From Gammaproteobacteria bacterium (GTDB lineage: Bacteria; Pseudomonadota; Gammaproteobacteria; Eutrophobiales; Eutrophobiaceae), in the NCBI GenBank assembly GCA_041601315.1, contig JBFIIJ010000001.1, forward strand, positions 1-28,205: DNA of 28,205 nucleotides, read 5' to 3'. Within the stretch, counting starts at the first letter, position 1; every line of letters begins with the position of its first letter. The translations under genes and the position numbers were made by a program. The notes under the pieces are model-generated. The model made no database searches and was not told the origin of the DNA. It worked only from the letters and a program-made list of their open reading frames with translations. Shown here one piece after another: positions 17,608-27,246 of the stretch.

Positions 17608-18649
17608 CGGCGCCGAGCATTTTAGCCGTAATATCGACAATAGGGATAATACGTTCATAATGCATCCGTGTTGGCCCTATTACGCCTAAAACTCCCAGTA
17701 TTTGACCATCAGCCTCATAAGGTGATGTCACTACACTGCATTTATCAAGAACGTCATAACCTGATTCTTCACCAATAAAAATCTGCATTCCATTGGCATT
17801 AATGGCCTGTTCAAGCAAATGTAGGATATCTCGCTTTTGATTAAATGATTCAAATAATTTCTTTAGTTTGTCAGCTGCACCTAGTTCAGCAACATCCATC
17901 AAATTGGTTTGACCGGAAAAAAGTAAATCGTCATTTTTATCTTTTGTTGTATCACTATCGAGCGCTTGCTGTGCCATCTCTATGGCAGACTGCATAGACT
18001 GGTTAACCTTTTCTTTCATTTTTTCCAGTTCATCCAAAATGGATTTTCGAACTTGAGTCAGATCTTTGCCTGCGAAAAGCTCATTTAGATAATTCGATAT
18101 TTTTTGTAATTCCGACGTGGAATAAGTTTTATCCGTATTAATTATTCTGTTTTGAACTTCCCGATCATTAACTACCAGAATCACCAGCACTCGGTTTGAT
18201 GATAAGGCAACAAATTCGATATGTTGCAAAATAGATTGCTTGGGTCGCGGCAACATTACGACGCCCGCTAATTGCGTCACATCCGATAACATTGAAGATG
18301 CGCGTAGCATCAACGAAGAATATTCACTCTCCGGCGCCAATTCTCGTGCGATTTTCTCAACTTGAGATGAATTCAGATCATTCACTCGTAACAGGCTATC
18401 AACAAACAATCGGTAGCCTTTCGCTGTCGGGATTCGTCCTGCCGAGGTATGTGGCGAATGTAATAATCCGACATCCTCAAGATCAGCCATCACGTTACGA
18501 ATTGTCGCCGGGCTCAAGCCCATATTTGAATCTTTAGACAGTGTCCGAGAACCAACTGGCGTGCCATCCTCAATGAAATGCTCCACCAGAGCCTTGAATA
18601 ATTGAAGGCTACGGTCTGATAATTGTGAAGAATCTGTAGTTGAAGCCAT
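17588..18649 (-). CDS. hrcA: Heat-inducible transcription repressor HrcA
   Basis: PVGSRTL, SPATIRNVMADLE, HTSAGRIPT..GYR.FVD, GVIGPTRM; canonical position upstream of grpE. Confidence 0.97.
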   Translation of the reverse strand: MASTTDSSQLSDRSLQLFKALVEHFIEDGTPVGSRTLSKDSNMGLSPATIRNVMADLEDVGLLHSPHTSAGRIPTAKGYRLFVDSLLRVNDLNSSQVEKIARELAPESEYSSLMLRASSMLSDVTQLAGVVMLPRPKQSILQHIEFVALSSNRVLVILVVNDREVQNRIINTDKTYSTSELQKISNYLNELFAGKDLTQVRKSILDELEKMKEKVNQSMQSAIEMAQQALDSDTTKDKNDDLLFSGQTNLMDVAELGAADKLKKLFESFNQKRDILHLLEQAINANGMQIFIGEESGYDVLDKCSVVTSPYEADGQILGVLGVIGPTRMHYERIIPIVDITAKMLGAALNSKN

Positions 18650-18685
18650 GCCCGTCTATAGAGAAATGAGATATTAAATGGAAAT

Positions 18686-18712
18686 TTAGCACTGTCCTCT
18701 ATAGAGTGCAAA
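18686..18712. promoter_or_regulatory. CIRCE element (HrcA operator) 37 nt upstream of hrcA
   Basis: TTAGCACTG-N9-GAGTGCAAA, two mismatches to TTAGCACTC-N9-GAGTGCTAA. Confidence 0.8.
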
Positions 18713-18757
18713 ATCTCTTGTTAATAACAGGTAGAATTAATCCTTTTTATCAAGATA

Positions 18758-18786
18758 TTGGTCACATTAGCGTAGCGTGCTATGTT
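18758..18786 (+). promoter_or_regulatory. Candidate sigma70 promoter for nadK-recN
   Basis: TTGGTC-N17-TATGTT with an extended -10 TG at 18778-18779. Confidence 0.4.
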
Positions 18787-18819
18787 TGGCGAAAAAACCA
18801 CAGGGTTGCCTTTTGAATC

Positions 18820-19686
18820 ATGTTTAAACGAATAGGACTTATTACTAATTCTGGCGTAAAAGCCATACAGACGACCTTAACTGAAGTCGTTGAGTATTTA
18901 GCCTCGCATGATCGAAAGGTCATACTGGATAAATGTTGCGCAGATTTACTCGGTAGTGAGCATAAGCTTGATGTCTATGAAGCCAATGAACTAGGCCAGC
19001 ATTGTGATTTGGTCATTGCCATTGGTGGCGACGGCACCATGCTCATGGCCTCGCATATCCTCTGTGATTTCAATGTGCCTTTACTCGGTATTAATTTAGG
19101 ACATGTCGGTTTTCTTGCTGATATTCCGGCAGATGATATAGCCAGCAATATGGATGAAATATTAAATGGTCATTATGTCGAAGATGTTCGTTTCTTATTA
19201 TGGGGAGAAGTCTACCGTAATGGTCAATGCCTATATGCGGATTATGCGTTTAACGATATCGTTATTCAAAAATGGAATGTGGCACGTTTAATTGAATTAG
19301 AGACTTATATCAATGGTGCTTTTGTGCATACGCATCGTTCTGATGGCATGATCATCTCATCACCAACTGGTTCGACGGCATATGCCCTTGCCAGTGGCGG
19401 TCCGGTTGTTCACCCATCGCTTGATGCTTTGTTATTAGTGCCTATTTGTCCACACTCTGTGACTAACCGTCCTATTGTTGTTGATGGCAACAGCCAAATT
19501 GAGATAGTCGTAAGCACCAGAGAAGTTGATCAAGCGCGACTTACTTTTGATGGTGAAATAAAAGTTGAATTGGCAACGGGCGATCGCGTTCATGTTGTTA
19601 AGAAAAACAAGGAAATTAGATTGATTCATCCGCCAGGACATGATCAGTTTCATATCCTTCGCGAAAAATTACACTGGAGTAAGTAA
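18820..19686 (+). CDS. nadK: NAD kinase
   Basis: GGDGT motif, GINLGHVGFL, SPTGSTAYALASGGP, PICPH; canonical position between hrcA and recN. Confidence 0.96.
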   Translation: MFKRIGLITNSGVKAIQTTLTEVVEYLASHDRKVILDKCCADLLGSEHKLDVYEANELGQHCDLVIAIGGDGTMLMASHILCDFNVPLLGINLGHVGFLADIPADDIASNMDEILNGHYVEDVRFLLWGEVYRNGQCLYADYAFNDIVIQKWNVARLIELETYINGAFVHTHRSDGMIISSPTGSTAYALASGGPVVHPSLDALLLVPICPHSVTNRPIVVDGNSQIEIVVSTREVDQARLTFDGEIKVELATGDRVHVVKKNKEIRLIHPPGHDQFHILREKLHWSK

Positions 19687-19688
19687 GC

Positions 19689-21350
19689 TTGCTACGACAA
19701 CTTGTCATCAACGATCTGGCTGTCATTGACAAACTGAACATTGATTTCAATTCAGGTATGACTGTATTGACCGGAGAAACCGGTGCAGGGAAATCAATAT
19801 TACTTGATGCTCTTGGCCTCATTCTAGGGAGTCGCGCCGACACGAATATCATACGCGGCGGTTCTGATAGAACAGACATCACTGCTATTTTTTCTATTTC
19901 AAATAATACAAACATCATTGCCCGTTTAAATGAAATGGAAATTGAGTCAGACGATGAATTATTTATTAGAAGGACTATTAGTAAAGATGGTCGCTCTCGT
20001 GCTTACTTAAATAACACGCCTGTACCTGTACAGACTTTACGAGAAATTGGTGAGAACTTGATCGATATTCATGGTCAACACGCACACCAATCATTGTCTC
20101 GTCCAAAAATACAACGCGAGTTATTGGATGAGTTTGGTCAATATGACACTTTGTTAAATGATGTCATGAATACTTATCAGGAATGGAAACAAGTCAATCT
20201 ACAACTACAAAACTTCAAAACAGATGGCGAAGATTTTGAAGCAAGATTAACGCTACTTAAATATCAAATAGAAGAACTCGAGCAACTTGAAATTGGCGAA
20301 ACAGAATATACTGAGTTAAATGAAGAACTAAAACGCCAATCACATTCGCAACGTTTACTGGATTCATGTAATGAGATTCTTTCTGATTTATCAGAGTCAG
20401 AGTCTGCTATTAATGACAGATTGTCACATCATCAAAGAGAAATTAATGAACTAAGCGTTATTGATAGTTCACTTGAAAATATAAGTAACTTATTAGATGG
20501 CGCAACGATCCAACTAGATGAAGCGAGCCATGAATTGAGAAATTATGTTGAACGGTTTGATATCGATGCTGAACAAATGAGCACGATAGAAAAACGTTTA
20601 GACAAGTTTCACGATCTGGCACGAAAACATAAAGTAAAGCCAGAAACACTGCCAACACACTTAACTTTATTAATGACACAGTTAAATCAACTGGAAGGTG
20701 GACAAGAACAACACGAATTTCTACAACAACAGAAAATTGATCTAACAAATCAATACTTCAAACTTGCCAAACAATTGACAAAAAAACGCAATGAAGCAGC
20801 AAAGACAATATCAGAAGCCGTTACTGAAAAAATGCATGAGCTTGGTATTGGTGGAAAGTTTAATATTGATATAGAAAAGATTGAAGATGAAACACTTCAT
20901 CAATTTGGCATGGATAAAATTTCATTTCTGGTCTCAACTAATCCAGGGCAACCTTTAAGACCTCTAACCAAAGTAGCCTCCGGTGGAGAATTATCTCGAC
21001 TGAGTCTGGCAATACAAATTATCGGATCAAAAGATAACGGTGTGCCGACAATGATCTTTGATGAAGTCGATGCCGGAATTAGTGGCGGTATTGCAGAAGT
21101 TGTTGGGAAATTATTACATAGTCTTGCAGAACATCGACAAATTTTTTGTGTCACGCACCTTGCTCAGGTTGCTTCATGTGGACATCATCATTTACGTGTT
21201 ATTAAAACAACGAATGCGGATGAAACATTTACTCAGGTAGTTACTCTCGATAAACAAGATCGAATAGATGAGGTTGCACGTCTGTTAGCAGGCATGGAAG
21301 TCACTAATGAAAGCCGTGCAAACGCAAGCAAAATGCTGGAGTCCGTTTAG
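19689..21350 (+). CDS. recN: DNA repair protein RecN (SMC family)
   Basis: Walker A LTGETGAGKS, IHGQH, long coiled coil, signature ASGGELSR, Walker B IFDEVDAG, VTHLAQVA. TTG start. Confidence 0.97.
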   Translation: MLRQLVINDLAVIDKLNIDFNSGMTVLTGETGAGKSILLDALGLILGSRADTNIIRGGSDRTDITAIFSISNNTNIIARLNEMEIESDDELFIRRTISKDGRSRAYLNNTPVPVQTLREIGENLIDIHGQHAHQSLSRPKIQRELLDEFGQYDTLLNDVMNTYQEWKQVNLQLQNFKTDGEDFEARLTLLKYQIEELEQLEIGETEYTELNEELKRQSHSQRLLDSCNEILSDLSESESAINDRLSHHQREINELSVIDSSLENISNLLDGATIQLDEASHELRNYVERFDIDAEQMSTIEKRLDKFHDLARKHKVKPETLPTHLTLLMTQLNQLEGGQEQHEFLQQQKIDLTNQYFKLAKQLTKKRNEAAKTISEAVTEKMHELGIGGKFNIDIEKIEDETLHQFGMDKISFLVSTNPGQPLRPLTKVASGGELSRLSLAIQIIGSKDNGVPTMIFDEVDAGISGGIAEVVGKLLHSLAEHRQIFCVTHLAQVASCGHHHLRVIKTTNADETFTQVVTLDKQDRIDEVARLLAGMEVTNESRANASKMLESV

Positions 21351-21423
21351 ATTTAAACTTTCTCCTTCATAAGACGTCTATATATTAGTCAGTAATTTGA
21401 ATCATTCAATTGCAACAAATTAG

Positions 21424-21432
21424 TGATAAAAT
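21424..21432 (+). promoter_or_regulatory. Extended -10 promoter candidate for the RND operon
   Basis: TG-A-TAAAAT, about 40 nt upstream of the MFP start. Confidence 0.4.
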
Positions 21433-21472
21433 GCGATTAAAGGAATTAATCATCCAAACTCTATAGCAACTA

Positions 21473-22480
21473 ATGAATAATTTATTAACTCTATTTATAT
21501 TACCCTTGCTCATTTCAACCAACGCGTTGGCTAATGAGAGAATTACAGTAAATACGGCAACGATTGCGGATGTGGCGATTTATCCGGAACGTTCTGCGCC
21601 TGCAACCGTAGTTAGTTTGAATGAAAGTACGATTAGTTCACGAATTACTGCGCAAGTAGAAGAGTTACCTGTTCGTGTCGGAGACATTGTTGAAGCAGGT
21701 AATGTATTGGCGAAGCTGGATTGCTCTGATTACAAACTGGCCAGTCGTGCATCCAGATCAAGAATAGAAGCTCTCAAGGCACAAATTGAGTTAGCAAAAC
21801 GTCGTCTAGAGAGAACAAAAAAATTAACACTGAAACAATCTATATCAGAAGAAATATTAGACGAACGTGAATCTGAACTTGCCGTATTAAATGCCGACAC
21901 CAGAGGTGCAAAAGCTGATCTTGAAATGGCTAATGTGAATGAATCACGTTGTACTGTAACCAGCCCTTTTAAAGCATTAATTGTTGAACGCATCAGCGCC
22001 GTTGGTCAATATACTAATGTTGGTACAGCTCTGGTTAAAATAATGGATATAGAACAACTGGAATTATCTGCTCAGGCTTTCAGTCAGGATACCGACCAAA
22101 TATCTAATGCTGATGAATTGGTTTTTGAACATGCAAGTAAACGTTATCCGGTTAAATTAAGATCCGTTATACCGGCAATTAATCCCGAAACACGAAACAA
22201 AGAAGTACGTTTATTATTTAAAAATGGACCTGCACTTCCCGGAGCTGCAGGTAAATTAATATGGCGAGACAGCCGTGCACATATTCCAGGAGAATTTTTA
22301 GTAAGTCGTAATGGTGAACTGGGCGTCTTTAGTATTAAAGATAGTGTAGCTCATTTTATTTCTATCCCCTCTGCACAGACGGGACGTGCCAGTCCAACAA
22401 CACTACCAATTGATACACCTCTTGTTATTGAAGGACAATTTTCTTTAAAAGAAGCTGACAATGTAAGCGTGAAAAACTGA
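21473..22480 (+). CDS. RND efflux periplasmic adaptor (membrane fusion protein)
   Basis: N-terminal signal peptide, lipoyl motif VRVGDIVEAGNVLAKLD, alpha-hairpin, SPFKALIVER...VG, P.INPETR; 1 nt upstream of an RND pump gene. Confidence 0.9.
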   Translation: MNNLLTLFILPLLISTNALANERITVNTATIADVAIYPERSAPATVVSLNESTISSRITAQVEELPVRVGDIVEAGNVLAKLDCSDYKLASRASRSRIEALKAQIELAKRRLERTKKLTLKQSISEEILDERESELAVLNADTRGAKADLEMANVNESRCTVTSPFKALIVERISAVGQYTNVGTALVKIMDIEQLELSAQAFSQDTDQISNADELVFEHASKRYPVKLRSVIPAINPETRNKEVRLLFKNGPALPGAAGKLIWRDSRAHIPGEFLVSRNGELGVFSIKDSVAHFISIPSAQTGRASPTTLPIDTPLVIEGQFSLKEADNVSVKN

Positions 22481-22481
22481 T

Positions 22482-25400
22482 ATGTCTTTGTTAGACCGTT
22501 TTCTTAACAATCATGTCCTGGCGAACCTTACTTTTAGTCTAGTACTTATCATTGGCTTTCTTTCTTATCTGGAAATGCCACGTGCTAAAGATCCTGAAAT
22601 CAATTTCAACTGGGTCAATATCATGACTTTGTTCCCGGGAGCTTCTTCTAAGGATATTGAAAAAAGAATTACCAGTCCGATTGAAGATACCATCAGACGG
22701 TCAATTCAGGACATTCGTTTTATCTCCAGTACCAGCCGTACAGGTATATCCAATATTCTTATTCGTTTTGATCAAATTGATGAAAGGACTTTTGATAAAC
22801 GTTTAACTGATTTACGTCGAGAGGTACAAAATACCTATACCGATGAATTACCCGATGATGCTGAAGACCCGTTTATCTTTGAAGTCACCACTTCAAATGC
22901 TTATCCATCTGCCAGTGTCGCTATTACCAGCGCGGGTGATGATGAAAATCTGAGACGCCAGACACGAAATATTAAAAAAGATATTGAGCGCGTTAAAGGT
23001 GTCGATCGTATTAATGATTTAGGCCTTAACGATCCTGAACTACACATTAAGTTTTATCCTGAACGCCTGGAAGGTTTGGGTATCACACCAGCTGATTTAA
23101 CAGACACAATAAGAACCTACTTTCGTGATGTTTCTGCTGGTGACGTAAAGACTGACGATGGACAATGGATTGTCAGAATAGAAGGAACCAATGCCGATCC
23201 CGGCACACTTGCCAGTTATCCTGTTGTTACGGCTGAAGGAATCGTGCCATTAGGTAATCTTGCAGAATTATCACGCTCTACAGAAGAGCCTTCTGAAATA
23301 GTTAGATTCAACGGTGAGCCTGCCACCTTATTAGCAATCACAAAACAATCTACGACCAATGTGCTCGAGTTGGTTGATGATATCAAAACATATATAGAAC
23401 AACGTAATGTTTACAGTGATGCTACCGGAGTAAAACTATTCCTCGTCGATGACCAAACAATAAGTACACGTGAAGCACTTCAATTAATGCAAACCAATGC
23501 ATTGATAGGACTGACTATGGTCTTACTGGTAACGTGGGCTTTTCTGGGAACACGAATAGCCATACTAACCAGTATCGGAATACCTTTTACTTTGGCCGGC
23601 ACATTTTTAATTTTGAATGCTGCGGGTATGACATTAAACAATATGGTATTACTCGGTATTGTTATTGCCTTGGGTATGCTGGTTGATGATGCGGTAGTGG
23701 TAGTTGAATCAATATATCAACGCTTGCAAAAAGGTATGAATGGGTTGCAAGCTGCAACAGAAGCGTTATTTGAAGTGTTTGCTCCGGTAACGACTTCCGT
23801 CATGACAACCATGGCCGCCTTTCTTCCGTTAATGTTATTGCCCGGTATTTTGGGCGAATTCATGAAAGTCATTCCTATTGTTGTTACGTTAGCATTGGCA
23901 TTAAGTTTACTTGAAGCTTACTGGATGTTGCCTGCGCATGTGATTGCCGCAAAAATAAAATTAACAAACCCTTCTAAATCTCAACAAAAAAGAGAAGCCG
24001 CGACGCATTGGATTCGAATCAAATATACACAACTATTATTAAAAGCATTACGTTATCCTGTTCGTTCTATTATTACAGTGTTATTCATATTTGGACTTGC
24101 TGTCGGCACAGTCGCCAGCGGCAAAATTCGCTTTAACTTTTTTGAAGCAGATGCGCTTCGGTTATTTTACGTCAATATCGAAATGGCTCGCGGCACAACT
24201 TTGGAAGAAACAAACAAAGTCCTCTATGAAGTTGAGCAAGTCGCATTAAAACAAATTCATCCCGATGAATTACGTGCATCGCTCATCTATTCAGGTCAAC
24301 AGTTCACTGAAACTGAACCCTTATTCGCAGATACTGTTGGACAAATCATGATAAGTCTCAACCCTTTTGAAACTGGCGGAAGAAGTGTCGAAGAAATCGC
24401 AGATGCCGTTGAAGCGAATGTAATGAATATTTCCGGCCCTACTAATATTTCCTTATTAAGAATGAAAGAAGGTCCGCCAACTTCAAGACCCATTAATGTA
24501 AAAATTCGTGGTGACGAGTTTGAAGATATTAAAGCTGCGGCTGATGCATTAGTTAACTTTCTTGAATCAAATAAACACTTTAACAACATTACCCTTGATT
24601 ACCGTCCAGGCAATCCGGAACTGGTTTTACGTTATGATGGTGAAGCTATTAAACGTGCCGGAATTAATCCTACCGTATTAAGTAGAAGCATAAGCGCTTT
24701 TGTTGATGGAGAAATAGTGAATGACTTTCAAGATCAAGGCGAGGAAGTAAAACTACGCGTATTGGCAAAGCAGGATGATTGGTATGACATTGAAGAGTTA
24801 TTAAGACAGTCAATATCTTTGCCTGATGGTCGTTCCATAGCGATAGGCGAGCTAGTTATTCCTGAACATGGTTATGGGCAACATAATATTCGACACTATA
24901 ACTTTCGTAGAGCTATCACTCTTGAAGCAGACATAGATAAAGATTTGATTAATACCGTTGAAGCTAATGATTTAATTGTTGAAAAATGGAAAACACTTCA
25001 AAAAGAATTTCCAAGTATTGATCTGGACTTTTCCGGTGTACTGGATGACATCAATGAAAGTATGAGTGCCATTGGTATTTTATTTCTTTTTGGCGTTGGT
25101 CTGATGTATATCATACTCGGCACACAATTTAGAAGTTACTTTCAACCCTTCTTAATATTAGTGACTGTTCCCTTGGCTTTCACCGGAGTTGTTCTTGGAT
25201 TATTAGTCACTAATAACCCGATTAGTTTATATACTTTGTATGGTGTTGTTGCTTTGTCCGGTATATCAGTTAATGCGGCTATTGTTCTTATCTCTGCCGC
25301 TAATTCACGTTTGCAAGACGGCATGAGTTTATTACATGCTACGGTTTATGCAGCACGACGTAGAGTCATTCCTATTTTGATCACATCACTAACAACCATA

Positions 25401-25580
25401 GCTGGACTTTTTTCTTTAGCATCAGGTTTGGCAGGCACATCATTAATCTGGGGACCAGTAGCAACAGCGATTGTTTGGGGATTAGCATTTTCAACCGTAT
25501 TGACATTGTTTGCTATTCCAATGCTTTATCGAATATTTATGAGTCCTAAAAAGTTATTAACTAAAAATTACAACCTCTAG
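22482..25580 (+). CDS. RND transporter, AcrB/AcrD/AcrF family (1032 aa)
   Basis: N-terminal TM1, two large periplasmic loops, TM4 GMLVDDAVVVVE, TTMAAFLPL, TM11 RRRVIPILITSLTT, typical 12-TM layout. Confidence 0.93.
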   Translation: MSLLDRFLNNHVLANLTFSLVLIIGFLSYLEMPRAKDPEINFNWVNIMTLFPGASSKDIEKRITSPIEDTIRRSIQDIRFISSTSRTGISNILIRFDQIDERTFDKRLTDLRREVQNTYTDELPDDAEDPFIFEVTTSNAYPSASVAITSAGDDENLRRQTRNIKKDIERVKGVDRINDLGLNDPELHIKFYPERLEGLGITPADLTDTIRTYFRDVSAGDVKTDDGQWIVRIEGTNADPGTLASYPVVTAEGIVPLGNLAELSRSTEEPSEIVRFNGEPATLLAITKQSTTNVLELVDDIKTYIEQRNVYSDATGVKLFLVDDQTISTREALQLMQTNALIGLTMVLLVTWAFLGTRIAILTSIGIPFTLAGTFLILNAAGMTLNNMVLLGIVIALGMLVDDAVVVVESIYQRLQKGMNGLQAATEALFEVFAPVTTSVMTTMAAFLPLMLLPGILGEFMKVIPIVVTLALALSLLEAYWMLPAHVIAAKIKLTNPSKSQQKREAATHWIRIKYTQLLLKALRYPVRSIITVLFIFGLAVGTVASGKIRFNFFEADALRLFYVNIEMARGTTLEETNKVLYEVEQVALKQIHPDELRASLIYSGQQFTETEPLFADTVGQIMISLNPFETGGRSVEEIADAVEANVMNISGPTNISLLRMKEGPPTSRPINVKIRGDEFEDIKAAADALVNFLESNKHFNNITLDYRPGNPELVLRYDGEAIKRAGINPTVLSRSISAFVDGEIVNDFQDQGEEVKLRVLAKQDDWYDIEELLRQSISLPDGRSIAIGELVIPEHGYGQHNIRHYNFRRAITLEADIDKDLINTVEANDLIVEKWKTLQKEFPSIDLDFSGVLDDINESMSAIGILFLFGVGLMYIILGTQFRSYFQPFLILVTVPLAFTGVVLGLLVTNNPISLYTLYGVVALSGISVNAAIVLISAANSRLQDGMSLLHATVYAARRRVIPILITSLTTIAGLFSLASGLAGTSLIWGPVATAIVWGLAFSTVLTLFAIPMLYRIFMSPKKLLTKNYNL

Positions 25581-25582
25581 TT

Positions 25583-26527
25583 TTAATTTCCGCCAATAAC
25601 TTGTTTCAATTCCTTATTCTCACTAACCTTAACTCTGTTTCTGCCATCGCGTTTAGCGCAATATAGTGCATTATCGGCTAATTCTATTAATAATAGTTCT
25701 GATTTTTCTTTATCCGGATATAAGACTGATAAACCAAGGCTGATAGTCACAGTTGAGTGCACCTTGGAATAACTGTGTAAAATATTTAATTCAGATACAG
25801 CTTCACATAGTTTATGTGCAATCACTTTTGAACCTTCTAAATCAGTATTGCTTAAGATGATTGCAAACTCTTCGCCACCATAGCGTGCACAAAGATCACC
25901 AGGCCTTTTACCAAAGTCGATAATCATCTTACCCAATCTTCTCAGACAATCGTCGCCCGCAAGATGTCCATAATGATCATTAAACTCTTTAAAATAATCA
26001 ATATCCAAAATTATTAGTGAAAGTGGCTGGTTTAATCTTGCAGCTCGATCCCACTCATCTTTTAAAGATTTATTAAAATGTCGCCGGTTTGCAAGTCCAG
26101 TAAGATCATCTGTTAGTGACTGTACCTTAACTTTTTCTTCTGCTAATTTTCGTTCGGTAATATTTTTGTGAGAAATAACAAAATAAGGTTCCCCAAGCAA
26201 ATTCAAAGACGCGACATGCATCATAAACCACCGCTTTTCAGTAGGACTGTGACACGGATATTCTAAATAAAAATTTTCAATGTCTCCTTGAATGACCTTT
26301 CTTATTCCTTTTGCCGCTTTTTTGCCATACTTATCGGACTTTACTGCATCACATATCTCCAGATAACTTATGCCTAACCACTCATTGGTCACTTTACATT
26401 TATTTACTATAGCAAAGTCAATCCACGATGAATTCGTATATTGAATAGCTCCATTTTTATCAACGACGACAATATGGTCCGAGACTGAATCCAGAACAGA
26501 CTGATAGAATTTTTTGGTGTATTTCAT
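25583..26527 (-). CDS. PAS-GGDEF diguanylate cyclase, predicted active, with I-site
   Basis: N-terminal PAS (LDSVSDHIVVVD...EYPCHSPTEKRWF), DDLTGLANRR, DIDYFKEFNDHYGH, RPGD I-site five residues before GGEEF, ADNALY.AK..GRN. Confidence 0.93.
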   Translation of the reverse strand: MKYTKKFYQSVLDSVSDHIVVVDKNGAIQYTNSSWIDFAIVNKCKVTNEWLGISYLEICDAVKSDKYGKKAAKGIRKVIQGDIENFYLEYPCHSPTEKRWFMMHVASLNLLGEPYFVISHKNITERKLAEEKVKVQSLTDDLTGLANRRHFNKSLKDEWDRAARLNQPLSLIILDIDYFKEFNDHYGHLAGDDCLRRLGKMIIDFGKRPGDLCARYGGEEFAIILSNTDLEGSKVIAHKLCEAVSELNILHSYSKVHSTVTISLGLSVLYPDKEKSELLLIELADNALYCAKRDGRNRVKVSENKELKQVIGGN

Positions 26528-26563
26528 TAAAACTAATAATTTTAATTATCTCATGGCAATAAA

Positions 26564-26580
26564 AGCATAATTTATGCCAA
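26564..26580 (-). promoter_or_regulatory. Sigma54 (-24/-12) promoter candidate for the diguanylate cyclase
   Basis: TTGGCATAAATTATGCT has GG-N10-GC spacing (consensus TGGCAC-N5-TTGC), ~37 nt upstream of the ATG. Confidence 0.6.
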
Positions 26581-26603
26581 ATGAAATTATTAAATAATAT
26601 AGA

Positions 26604-26616
26604 TAACTTATTGAAA
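26604..26616 (-). promoter_or_regulatory. IHF-like site just upstream of the sigma54 promoter candidate
   Basis: TTTCAA-TAAG-TTA, one mismatch to WATCAANNNNTTR, in a ~20% GC stretch. Confidence 0.4.
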
Positions 26617-26844
26617 TAAATTAATTATTTAAAATTAGACCAGAATAGGTAACAGAAGCTTAATGACTTGAAATTTATGAGAATAATCAAACGACATTAA
26701 AATAAATATTGGTAACACATCGTTAAGTTAAGAAACAGTTTTAATAAATACTTTATAGAGTTATATAGAACTGCTAATTAACTTTACGTAAAAATTAAAA
26801 TGACTAATTAATACGGAAATAAACCAAGGAAATATTCGTCAGGA

Positions 26845-27246
26845 TCAATCTTTTGGTTTTACATACAGAACCAGACTATGTTCAACTAAATCATAACCAT
26901 GCTTTTCTGCAATCGACTTTTGTAGTTTTTCGATCTCTTCATTTTGAAACTCAATGACTTTACCTGTTTTTAAACAAACCATATGGTCATGATGAACTCC
27001 ACTGTCTAATTCAAAGACGGAATGGCCGGAATCAAAATTGTGGCGCATGACCAGTCCAGCAGATTCAAATTGGGTTAATACACGATATACGGTAGCTAAC
27101 CCAACTTCTTCTCCATTATCTAATAATGTTTTATAAACATCTTCAGCGCTCATATGACGCTGATTTGAGTCTTCGAGAATCTCCAGAATCCGGATTCTAG
27201 GCAAAGTCGCTTTAAGGCCTGCCTTCTTTAAGTCTTGTGCTTCCAT
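26845..27246 (-). CDS. fur: Ferric uptake regulator
   Basis: LKKAGLKATLPR, HMSAEDVYK, GLATVYRVLTQFE, HHDHMVC...GKVIEF; AAGGAGG SD. Confidence 0.97.
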   Translation of the reverse strand: MEAQDLKKAGLKATLPRIRILEILEDSNQRHMSAEDVYKTLLDNGEEVGLATVYRVLTQFESAGLVMRHNFDSGHSVFELDSGVHHDHMVCLKTGKVIEFQNEEIEKLQKSIAEKHGYDLVEHSLVLYVKPKD

